Shown here one piece after another: positions 35,770 to 43,260 of a DNA stretch of 44,066 nucleotides (positions are counted from its first letter, which is position 1; each line of letters starts with the position of its first letter). Below the pieces are notes generated by a model that was given only the letters and a program-made list of their open reading frames with translations, made no database searches and was not told where the DNA came from. The stretch lies in the NCBI GenBank assembly GCA_029093145.1, contig GCA_029093145.1_4347.1. One strand, written 5' to 3'. Source of the stretch: a phage. Made by a program: the position numbers and the translations under genes.

Positions 35770-36270
35770 TTATTCTTCTTCGAAATACTTGTTCTTGATT
35801 GCTGTCAAGCGTTCCAGGTACTCAACCAGGTCTTCGTCTTTAATCGCGGCAATCTTCATCTTCTTACCTGTGAACTCTTCCAGCAGTTCATCAGAATCAT
35901 CGCACGCGGCATCGCTAGGACCTTCATTAATTGCATCGTCGATGGCCTGAATCTGGTCACGCAGAGACTTATAGTCTACTTCTTCTTTCTCTTCTTCCGG
36001 CTCTGGCGTCGTTTCCTCTACTTTAGCTTTACGCGGCTTGCGTTTTGGCTTCTCTTCTTCTGCCGGTTTAGTGTCAACGATGTCTTCACCTTCTACCGGG
36101 ATTTCTTTTGTTGCTTCTTCAGCACACTCAGCTACCGCTTCTTTGGTGTACGATACCGTCTCTACTTCCAGCGGCGCGGCAACCTGAACAACTTGTTTCG
36201 CACTGTTCGCGGCAATCAGTTCATGTGCAACTACGAAACGTTCCAGTAATACTAAGAATTTCTCTAACAT
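35770..36270 (-). CDS. highly acidic hypothetical protein (166 aa)
   Basis: SD AGGAGAA; long E/D-rich tracts (EPEEEKEEVD, DDSDELLEE). Confidence 0.5.
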   Translation of the reverse strand: MLEKFLVLLERFVVAHELIAANSAKQVVQVAAPLEVETVSYTKEAVAECAEEATKEIPVEGEDIVDTKPAEEEKPKRKPRKAKVEETTPEPEEEKEEVDYKSLRDQIQAIDDAINEGPSDAACDDSDELLEEFTGKKMKIAAIKDEDLVEYLERLTAIKNKYFEEE

Positions 36271-36294
36271 TATTTATTCTCCTGTTTATTTGGG

Positions 36295-36522
36295 TTACTC
36301 GCCGTCGCCTTCTGTAAGGCTATCGTCTATTAATTCAAATCTACCGTTTGAGTGTTGAATAGCTTCTTGCCCGCAATGGTCACAGACAACAAGTTTATCG
36401 AACCCATCAAACTCATCCCCTACTACGCAAGAAAGTACAAATTTATGTTTTGTGCACACTTCTTGCGGAGCGCCGAAAATTGCTCGAAAACCTTTAGCTA
36501 TGGCCCCAGTGATTGTGTTCAT
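36295..36522 (-). CDS. small Cys-containing (zinc-finger-like) protein
   Basis: SD GAGAGGGG; CTKH ... CDHCG cysteine pattern; first gene after class A promoter. Confidence 0.5.
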   Translation of the reverse strand: MNTITGAIAKGFRAIFGAPQEVCTKHKFVLSCVVGDEFDGFDKLVVCDHCGQEAIQHSNGRFELIDDSLTEGDGE

Positions 36523-36550
36523 ATCTGCCCCTCTCGTTTGGTATGGGCTA

Positions 36551-36579
36551 ACTATAATAGCGAACTATTCACATGTCAA
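36551..36579 (-). promoter_or_regulatory. class A promoter TTGACA-N17-TATAGT with AATAG-N4-CTATT dyad
   Basis: Minus strand TTGACATGTGAATAGTTCGCTATTATAGT; dyad 36556-36569. Confidence 0.5.
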
Positions 36580-36643
36580 TGGGCTTTTCTAAAATAATTA
36601 ATATGGTACTATTCACATATCAACTGACTAAGGAGTAACTGAC

Positions 36644-36859
36644 ATGCAACCATCTGAACTAGGCACCCGTGTAGAACAACGCCGTAAAGAACTCGGCATC
36701 TCCCAGCGCCGTTTGGCGGCCCTGACCGGCGTTTCCCAGGGCGCGATTAACCAACTGGCACTTGGAGTAACTCAGGACGTCCGCCCGGCAACGCTGTTCA
36801 AACTGGCGGAAGTTCTGGAAGTAGACGCCAAGTGGCTGGCGTTAGGTGAAGGGGCTTAA
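36644..36859 (+). CDS. Cro/CI-type HTH (XRE family) transcriptional regulator
   Basis: ISQRRLAALTGVSQGAINQLALG helix-turn-helix; SD AAGGAG; divergent from replication operon. Confidence 0.85.
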   Translation: MQPSELGTRVEQRRKELGISQRRLAALTGVSQGAINQLALGVTQDVRPATLFKLAEVLEVDAKWLALGEGA

Positions 36860-36875
36860 AGCCCCTTTCTTTTTA
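36849..36875 (+). terminator. rho-independent terminator
   Basis: AAGGGGC-TTAAA-GCCCCTT followed by TCTTTTT. Confidence 0.6.
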
Positions 36876-36876
36876 C

Positions 36877-39144
36877 CTATTCCAAATCCTCCTCTGTCAC
36901 TGTCAACATTTCATTCGGTTCGTATATTGTCTTTGGAATCTTGTTATCAGTTATTCTGGTGTTCAGCCTGTAACGACCTGGGATTATCTGATTGTTTTCG
37001 TCAGTACCCGGAACAAGATACCCGGCCTCAACCATTTTCTTAATCTTCCCGCGTTCTATGGCTTCTTTGGAGTTAAACGCCTTTGCGTTTGGGTCTGACT
37101 GTGCGAGCTTATTCGCCGCGGCGACTGTGATGCCTTCGTTGCCGTTGTAGGTTCCTTCCGCCAGTTCAAACGCCGCGAGTATCGTGGCCTCCGAACTGTT
37201 GACGGCGTTCTCTACGGTTTTACGTACATTTTCTTTACCTTCTTTCGTCAACCCTTCTTCCCGCTCTTTCTCCTCGTCAGTTTTGAACGGCTCGAAACCC
37301 CACGGCATCAACACAAGCGCCTTGTGTGGTTCAGGCAGGTCCAGGTTTACGATTGTGCCGTATTCCTCTGTGCTACCCAGGAACTCAACCGCTCGGTATT
37401 CTTTAGGTGGCGGCGCTTCACGGAACTGTACCGACTCCAGCACCATGCCAACCGTCTTCTGCTGAGGCCCGTGCTTGAATTTCGAGTGATATACGTTTAT
37501 CTGACGGTCGGTTGCACGTTCGATTGTCAGTTCCACATCAACACCCGCATACAGCGCCCCACTGCCGCGTGCTTTCTTTCCACCCTTCGGCGTATGGTGG
37601 ACAACGCCTACTGCGGCTTTAGTTGCATCGCGTACTTCTTTCAGAATGGCGATAACTTTACCCATGCCGATTGCTGTTGATGAACTGTTCTCGTCGAACT
37701 TATCAATCGTCAGTGCCAGGGTCTGGTTAAGGGTGTCGAACGCAACCATGCCAATTGGCTCGTCGCCAGCAGTTTCGCGCATTAACTTAATCAGGCTTTT
37801 AAGTTTGCCGACTTCGCCCATATCGATGACATGTACATAATCTTTACCTTCCTCGCCGTATTTAGCCGCGAGCGCATCAATACGTGTACGTGTGGCTGCC
37901 CCACCCTCGCCGTCGATATAGAAATGGTGACAACGCTGGGTGTCAGCCCCTGCAAACCGGTATCCGGCGGCGCTCAGGTACATCATCCCCAGCGTATAGA
38001 ATGATTTGTACGTGCCCGATCCTCCGACGATACCCCAGATACAATCCGACGGCATGTACCCCTCAACGACGAAATCAGCCTTTACCGGCTCCGGTAACTC
38101 GTCCTCCTCTGAGTCCTCGTCGTCTTCCAGGTCGTCGAGGCTGCATGAGACAGATTCACGCGCCCCCCAACCGATGGCCTCTGCGACTTCACTGAACGGC
38201 AGCCCGGTCGCATCGCACGCGTACTTCCACACCTCTTTCGGTGACAGGCCTTCTGTCGCCGTAATGTCTGTGTCGTGAATCATGGTTACGTTTGGCGCTT
38301 CATACCCCTCGCGCGGGAAGCACAGCAGGAAGTCGTCCGGGCGCGGTGTCGGGTCGCTGTAGTTTTCGGCATGTTCCGGTGTGGCTGGCATCTTAAGGCC
38401 GCGCGGCGTCATGACGCCGCCGTACTCAAACGCCAGTGCTTCAAACGCGTCTGTAAACGCGGTGCGCAGTTCTTCCGGTATCTGGTAATCCGATGCGCTG
38501 CTAACGTCAACGGCTGGGATGCCTTCCAGTAACTCGTTCGGGTCGATCAGGTCGTTGCGGCGCGACCAGATAACGGTAGCGCCGACCGGCGGCAGGTACA
38601 TCGGCTGCGACAGAGTGAACCCGCTGCGGTCCGCACCCATGCCTTTGAAGAAGTGCTCCAGCAACCCATGACGAACACGGATGATATCACCACCCTCAAC
38701 TGGGCGGGCCAGCGGCATGACGACGCGAAAGCGAGGCGACTCATCGGTATGTGATGCCGTGGTGTAGAGACACATCGCCCGGCAGCTGCGATTAACCAGG
38801 CGCACCGCTTCCTGGTACTCTTCCGGTGTTGCACTGTCGAAGTCCAGATACGCCAGCGACGATTTGCTCACAGACGCGTCACAGCGATAGAAGAAGCCTT
38901 TACGCGCTTGTTTAAAGCCACCGGTTTCCGGGTCTTTTACGGTGCTGTGTGTAGAATCGCACGCGGCCGTGATATAACCGGGCGCAGTCTTGGGGTTAAT
39001 CCCGTCACGAACGGCATCGAGCGGCTGGATTAACTCTTTCAGGTCGTCCAGTGTTGCCGTGTGTGCGGTTCTGACATTTATATCCTTTTTCCCCGCCCGC
39101 GCGTTGCGGCGTGACCACGAGTAGGATAAAATTACATCGGACAT
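36877..39144 (-). CDS. primase-helicase (AEP-type primase-polymerase domain fused to RecA-like ATPase)
   Basis: N-terminal YLDFD and TTASHTD motifs (AEP-like); central Walker A GGSGTYKS and Walker B GMVAFDTL. Confidence 0.6.
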   Translation of the reverse strand: MSDVILSYSWSRRNARAGKKDINVRTAHTATLDDLKELIQPLDAVRDGINPKTAPGYITAACDSTHSTVKDPETGGFKQARKGFFYRCDASVSKSSLAYLDFDSATPEEYQEAVRLVNRSCRAMCLYTTASHTDESPRFRVVMPLARPVEGGDIIRVRHGLLEHFFKGMGADRSGFTLSQPMYLPPVGATVIWSRRNDLIDPNELLEGIPAVDVSSASDYQIPEELRTAFTDAFEALAFEYGGVMTPRGLKMPATPEHAENYSDPTPRPDDFLLCFPREGYEAPNVTMIHDTDITATEGLSPKEVWKYACDATGLPFSEVAEAIGWGARESVSCSLDDLEDDEDSEEDELPEPVKADFVVEGYMPSDCIWGIVGGSGTYKSFYTLGMMYLSAAGYRFAGADTQRCHHFYIDGEGGAATRTRIDALAAKYGEEGKDYVHVIDMGEVGKLKSLIKLMRETAGDEPIGMVAFDTLNQTLALTIDKFDENSSSTAIGMGKVIAILKEVRDATKAAVGVVHHTPKGGKKARGSGALYAGVDVELTIERATDRQINVYHSKFKHGPQQKTVGMVLESVQFREAPPPKEYRAVEFLGSTEEYGTIVNLDLPEPHKALVLMPWGFEPFKTDEEKEREEGLTKEGKENVRKTVENAVNSSEATILAAFELAEGTYNGNEGITVAAANKLAQSDPNAKAFNSKEAIERGKIKKMVEAGYLVPGTDENNQIIPGRYRLNTRITDNKIPKTIYEPNEMLTVTEEDLE

Positions 39145-39202
39145 GTTGTATTTCCTTCAGCAAGTAATTTGGCCTCGGCGTTCACCGCGTCGGGGCTTTC
39201 TT

Positions 39203-39436
39203 TTATTCCAGGTCTTCTAAAGTAGCGGTCATTCCGCGAACTTCAGCAAAGGCACTATATTTCCCGCCAACATTTTTCACGACGCCAGATTTAACCAGCA
39301 CTTTTAACGACCCTTCAATAATGACGGAACTATAGTACTTAAAATAACTGCGGCGCAAGTCGATAACGCTGCACGACCCTTTTTTACGTGTTAATGAAAC
39401 GACTGCCGTAAATACGCGTGACTGGAACTCGGTCAT
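39203..39436 (-). CDS. hypothetical protein (77 aa)
   Basis: Overlaps HTH gene start by 4 nt; shares C-terminal LEDLE tail with two replication proteins. Confidence 0.45.
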   Translation of the reverse strand: MTEFQSRVFTAVVSLTRKKGSCSVIDLRRSYFKYYSSVIIEGSLKVLVKSGVVKNVGGKYSAFAEVRGMTATLEDLE

Positions 39437-39630
39437 TTTACATTCTCCTTAATCCACGCTTCCACTTTCTCCCGGTCAAACGTACCTGGCTGACGGCGGC
39501 CCATAATGCGGACACAACAATCCGGGAACTTCCCACTCTTTAACCAGTTATTCAGCGTGCGACGGGTAACCCCGATACGCTCAGCTACCTCATTCTGTGT
39601 CATCCTCAAGCCCCCATTATCAGTTAACAA
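39433..39630 (-). CDS. AlpA/excisionase-like HTH DNA-binding protein
   Basis: MTQNEVAERIGVTRRTLNNWLKSGKFP helix-turn-helix. Confidence 0.6.
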   Translation of the reverse strand: MLTDNGGLRMTQNEVAERIGVTRRTLNNWLKSGKFPDCCVRIMGRRQPGTFDREKVEAWIKENVK

Positions 39631-39635
39631 AATCG

Positions 39636-39664
39636 AGTATACATTGTGAATAATGGGAAATCAA
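39636..39664 (-). promoter_or_regulatory. sigma70-like promoter TTGATT-N17-TATACT
   Basis: Minus strand TTGATTTCCCATTATTCACAATGTATACT upstream of HTH gene. Confidence 0.4.
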
Positions 39665-40039
39665 ACATAATCGCACCTATTGACATTATGAAAATCTTCG
39701 TTTAAGGTGCTTTTATATCTTAGTTACTTTGATTCTTGTTCACCTTGTAATACCCGCTTGAAACGCAGCGGCGCACCAGCGCCAGCGAAGTGTTAAGCGG
39801 CAGATTACTGAACATATGAATTATCGTAACTTTCCTTCCTAAGTATCTCAGGTTGCCCTGGGCAAGCTCTATTCTCATCGACGGCATATCTCTTAAGTAT
39901 CTGATAATTAAAAGTTTCTATAGTTGCCGTGAGCAAGGTAGAGAGTACTTCACTCCGCTGGGGTGGGCTAACGCCCACCCACTGCGTTGCGTACTCTTTT
40001 AAGAAACGAAAGAATCACAACGGCAACGTAACTATTCTC

Positions 40040-40068
40040 TTGCACACCCCAACATAATAGGTTACTAT
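40040..40068 (+). promoter_or_regulatory. class B promoter TTGCAC-N17-TACTAT
   Basis: TTGCACACCCCAACATAATAGGTTACTATTCA; dyad 40056-40069. Confidence 0.5.
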
Positions 40069-40102
40069 TCACTTATCGAAACGAGACATAAGGAATTTAG
40101 AA

Positions 40103-40321
40103 ATGAACAAAGCGACCGCAAGCGTAGTTTCCGCAATCAAACAAGTTTACGGCATCGATATTTCAGAGCGCGTAATTATCGGGAACAAACGCAACTTCTT
40201 TACGTTCGGCACCGACGGTATGGATGAAAATGATTTTGTTAACGTACAACGTTTCGCTAACGGTAAAGGACTTCGTAACGAGCCAGCGGGTTACAAGAAA
40301 TTTGCTATCTACTTTAAATAA
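40103..40321 (+). CDS. hypothetical protein (72 aa)
   Basis: SD AAGGAA; downstream of class B promoter. Confidence 0.5.
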   Translation: MNKATASVVSAIKQVYGIDISERVIIGNKRNFFTFGTDGMDENDFVNVQRFANGKGLRNEPAGYKKFAIYFK

Positions 40322-40442
40322 ACCCACGGCGCCGAATCATGGCGCCAGTGCCGACGACTCTGAGGGAGGTTGCCGTGAATAATTACCCGTTTATTTTAAT
40401 TGCCAGCGCCGTTTATGTGGCGCACGCGTTGTGGGGGTTGGT

Positions 40443-40598
40443 ATGAGAATCCGTATAACTGACCGCAGGCTTATAGATTTCGGTATCTCGGTAGGTGATG
40501 TTTTTCTGGCGTTCAGCAGCAACCATTATGGGTATATGATTGAGTACAAAGGGTCGCTATTGTTCGTGTATCGGGATGAATGCGAGGTTCTGGTATGA
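40443..40598 (+). CDS. hypothetical small protein (51 aa)
   Basis: Hand-translated ORF. Confidence 0.3.
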   Translation: MRIRITDRRLIDFGISVGDVFLAFSSNHYGYMIEYKGSLLFVYRDECEVLV

Positions 40599-40738
40599 GA
40601 GAAGCATTCGAACGGTGGGCCATCGTCGAGGGTCTGCCGGTTAATAAGGGTTCGAAGAAAGAGTACCTGAACGTTAAGACGCGTCTCGCGTGGCGGGCGT
40701 GGAAAGCTGGTGCGCAAGCTGTGATGAATAAGGGGTGA
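40595..40738 (+). CDS. hypothetical small protein (47 aa)
   Basis: ATGA overlap with upstream ORF. Confidence 0.3.
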   Translation: MREAFERWAIVEGLPVNKGSKKEYLNVKTRLAWRAWKAGAQAVMNKG

Positions 40739-40741
40739 TTT

Positions 40742-40927
40742 ATGGGCGAGTGGATTAAGTGTAGTGAGCGGATGCCGGAGCCTTATGAATACGTTCTTGT
40801 AACTGATTGTTTTGTTGGCTGTGAGGTTATGCGTGTTAATTCAGATGGCTACTGGGGGCCTGCAAAGAGTTTATATCACGGTGATATAACGCACTGGATG
40901 CCGTTACCTGAGCCGCCGGAGGTGTGA
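40742..40927 (+). CDS. DUF551-like phage protein
   Basis: C-terminal HWMPLPEPPEV motif recalled as typical of this family. Confidence 0.4.
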   Translation: MGEWIKCSERMPEPYEYVLVTDCFVGCEVMRVNSDGYWGPAKSLYHGDITHWMPLPEPPEV

Positions 40928-41051
40928 TGTTCAATAGTTCGGGATTTTACTGAGTGACTTACGCTGCTACACAGCAGCGTATCATTTTTCTCATTTTTGT
41001 TCTATTTCACCAAACGCAACAATCGAAGCGACTATTGCAGGAGATGCAACA

Positions 41052-41228
41052 ATGGAAACGTTCACAGAGAAACTTATGTGGTGCGTTGCAAAGCGAGACG
41101 CTGCGGCCAGAAGCTACCGTAAATGTGCCAACTGCGGCAGCGAGCAGGTACAGCTAATCTCGTACCTGGGCGGCACGGTTACACATAAGTGTCGAAAGTG
41201 CCATCACGTACATTCACAACACCAATAA
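41052..41228 (+). CDS. small zinc-ribbon protein (58 aa)
   Basis: SD AGGAG; CANCG ... CRKCH four-cysteine pattern (hand-translated; track shows a different frame 40954-41157). Confidence 0.4.
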   Translation: METFTEKLMWCVAKRDAAARSYRKCANCGSEQVQLISYLGGTVTHKCRKCHHVHSQHQ

Positions 41229-41235
41229 AATTTAC

Positions 41236-41264
41236 TTGCACACTAAGATAGAATAGGCTACTAT
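41236..41264 (+). promoter_or_regulatory. class B promoter TTGCAC-N17-TACTAT
   Basis: TTGCACACTAAGATAGAATAGGCTACTATTCA; dyad 41252-41265. Confidence 0.5.
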
Positions 41265-41295
41265 TCATTTACACGAACGAGAGGAGAGACAGAAG

Positions 41296-41421
41296 ATGAA
41301 AGATTATAGTGAAGTAACTTTAGGCGAGTTGCAGGACGAGTACGAAGATATGCTCTACCCGTTCATCTGCGACGGAGATTACAACGGCGTCTATAACGGA
41401 GTGAGCGAAGAATATGAATAG
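41296..41421 (+). CDS. hypothetical small acidic protein (41 aa)
   Basis: SD GAGAGGAGAG; hand-translated. Confidence 0.35.
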   Translation: MKDYSEVTLGELQDEYEDMLYPFICDGDYNGVYNGVSEEYE

Positions 41422-41923
41422 CAAAAACGAAGTATTTGAGTACCTGATTAACCAACTACGGCAGCAGGTGAGTAACAACCCATATAAGCAACAGTGCGAA
41501 GACTTGGCGCATGAGGTGCAGTCACTCAAGAATCAGTTACGTGATGCGTCAGCACTGGTGGCGGAGTTACATGAAACAATAAAACTAATGAACGAGGACT
41601 TTAACCGTGCAACCGGGCGAGGTGGCTCACTGCCGAAAGGGGAGAGCTACGTAGTAGGTGAACATGGGCCCGAGCAATCCGGTTGCCGTAAGGAAGATAC
41701 TCAGGAATGCGAGCACTCTTGGATTATTATGCCTGGGTTGTTTCTCAGCGAAGGCAATACGAACAACGTTCCTGGTAGTGAGCTTTGCTCTAAATGTGGT
41801 AAACGTGAGTGGGACGACAAGGAATATAAACCGAAAAACGATACACAGGAGTGCGAGCATGAATGGGAATATTATTACCCCGACGGTAGGCGTTGTACCA
41901 AATGCGGGGTGATAAACTTATGA
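41414..41923 (+). CDS. hypothetical protein with repeated Cys/His motifs
   Basis: Repeats DTQECEH(S/E)W and C(S/T)KCG; N-terminal coiled-coil-like region. Confidence 0.5.
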   Translation: MNSKNEVFEYLINQLRQQVSNNPYKQQCEDLAHEVQSLKNQLRDASALVAELHETIKLMNEDFNRATGRGGSLPKGESYVVGEHGPEQSGCRKEDTQECEHSWIIMPGLFLSEGNTNNVPGSELCSKCGKREWDDKEYKPKNDTQECEHEWEYYYPDGRRCTKCGVINL

Positions 41924-42123
41924 CCAGCATCTTATTTATCTGGGTACTGTCCGCAGGCCAGATGCACCTCGCGGCATCGGAAACGTTTTATTCTATGGAG
42001 GCGTGCCAGTCCGCGGCACGCGCAGCAGAGAACGCGCACTTCCTGTTTCAGGGTGACAAGCCCAACGATTCGGAGGTACGCGCTATCTGCTCACCTAAGC
42101 GACTTGGTAAACAGGAGAAGTGA
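41920..42123 (+). CDS. small putative secreted protein
   Basis: ATGA overlap; N-terminal hydrophobic signal-like segment MTSILFIWVLSAGQMHLAAS. Confidence 0.45.
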   Translation: MTSILFIWVLSAGQMHLAASETFYSMEACQSAARAAENAHFLFQGDKPNDSEVRAICSPKRLGKQEK

Positions 42124-42125
42124 TT

Positions 42126-42407
42126 ATGGTACAGAGATACGATTTAAAAGAAGACTGGGTTACGGGGCGTATTGACTTAGAGAAAGACGCAGACGGTGAC
42201 TGGGTTGATTACGAAGACTACGCGGAACTTGAGCGTAAGTTCAATGAACTCAGGACATGGCGTACGCAGATACTCAATGACGCTTTCGACTTTTTATCGC
42301 AGGCAGAAAAAGCGGAAGCCGAGTTGCAGAAATACAAGGACCAGTTCCCGGATTACGTAGAGTGCGCGAACTGCGGGTCAATTACACATGTGGAAGGGGT
42401 GGAGTGA
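42126..42407 (+). CDS. hypothetical protein, paralog A
   Basis: SD AGGAG; shares MV(Q/H)RY start and WV-x-YEDYAEL-x-RK motif with next gene. Confidence 0.5.
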   Translation: MVQRYDLKEDWVTGRIDLEKDADGDWVDYEDYAELERKFNELRTWRTQILNDAFDFLSQAEKAEAELQKYKDQFPDYVECANCGSITHVEGVE

Positions 42408-42586
42408 TGGTGCATAGATACGAAAACGACCACGGCGATATGTTTCAGGCCGCGGGAGGGCGCTGGGTCCTATACGAAGACTACGCGGAGCTGGCGCGTA
42501 AACTGCGCGAGCTTGCTAAGCAGGTAGTAAACAGTCCGTGCGACTGGAAGACGGATGAATTAGCGCGCGAGATTCTGGACCTATGA
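42407..42586 (+). CDS. hypothetical protein, paralog B
   Basis: Overlapping start; MVHRYENDHG ... RWVLYEDYAELARK. Confidence 0.45.
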   Translation: MVHRYENDHGDMFQAAGGRWVLYEDYAELARKLRELAKQVVNSPCDWKTDELAREILDL

Positions 42587-42876
42587 GCCTTGCAACTGAC
42601 ATCCTGAAACGGAGCGGCCTTGCGCCGCTGTCGCCGAGAGCGAACACACGAATATACAAGCGTCGCCGTAACGTGCTGTACCCAGAGATTCAGGACAGAC
42701 GTAAAGCTATCCGCGCCTGTGGATTCCAGAACGGGAAGGCTGTGAATCTCGGTGAGTTTAAAACGCAGGAACGTGCGGCTATCGCTAATCGGTTATTTAA
42801 TTACTGGAAATCGCTGGGTTATGAAGATATTCCGACGAAACCACAGAGACGACAATACATCTGGCGTCATAAATAA
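42583..42876 (+). CDS. hypothetical basic protein (97 aa)
   Basis: ATGA overlap with upstream gene. Confidence 0.5.
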   Translation: MSLATDILKRSGLAPLSPRANTRIYKRRRNVLYPEIQDRRKAIRACGFQNGKAVNLGEFKTQERAAIANRLFNYWKSLGYEDIPTKPQRRQYIWRHK

Positions 42877-42951
42877 ACCGTTATTAAGATAATTCCTAAC
42901 CGTGCTATCCTCCAGTTACTGCATACTTAATACGCACCTGGAGGATTCATC

Positions 42952-43260
42952 TTGGATAAATTTACTGAAACAGTGACAGGCTGGCTTCTCGCTGCCGCGC
43001 TAGCCGGAGGGGTAATCGGACTACGACAACATAAGTCTGTTATTTCTGGCCCCATCGACGGATTCTGCTTTATCGCAACTGGCTTCACTTGCGCTGTATT
43101 CGGCGCGCCTCTTGCCGCTCAATGGTTCGGTATTACCGGAGAGCGCGAGATAGCTGGCCTCGGATTCATCATCGCAATTCTCTGGATGCCCATCTATTCC
43201 CGTCTCTCCGGTATCGTCTCTGGAGAATACATCGCTCGTCGAGGAGGCACAGATGAATGA
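42952..43260 (+). CDS. holin (putative, multi-TM)
   Basis: TTG start with SD GGAGG; hydrophobic segments; immediately upstream of endolysin region. Confidence 0.5.
   Translation: MDKFTETVTGWLLAAALAGGVIGLRQHKSVISGPIDGFCFIATGFTCAVFGAPLAAQWFGITGEREIAGLGFIIAILWMPIYSRLSGIVSGEYIARRGGTDE

Noticed and set aside
36849-36900. Shine-Dalgarno-like GAGGAGGA in the last codons of the primase-helicase gene as an RBS for a downstream gene
   Set aside because: No start codon or ORF follows on the minus strand (the terminator hairpin and the 3' end of the Cro-like gene lie there), so the sequence is interpreted as encoding the conserved C-terminal peptide.
36846-38532. Plus-strand ORFs opposite the primase-helicase gene (36846-37043, 37884-38195, 38275-38532)
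   Set aside because: Arg/Pro-rich antisense translations inside a gene with clear Walker A/B motifs; no RBS or promoter.
7499-41265. Repeated ~30-bp elements considered as a possible CRISPR array or mobile-element repeats
   Set aside because: Copies are dispersed over the genome, not regularly spaced, and each aligns with -35/-10 hexamers upstream of a gene start; they are promoters, not CRISPR repeats or IS ends.
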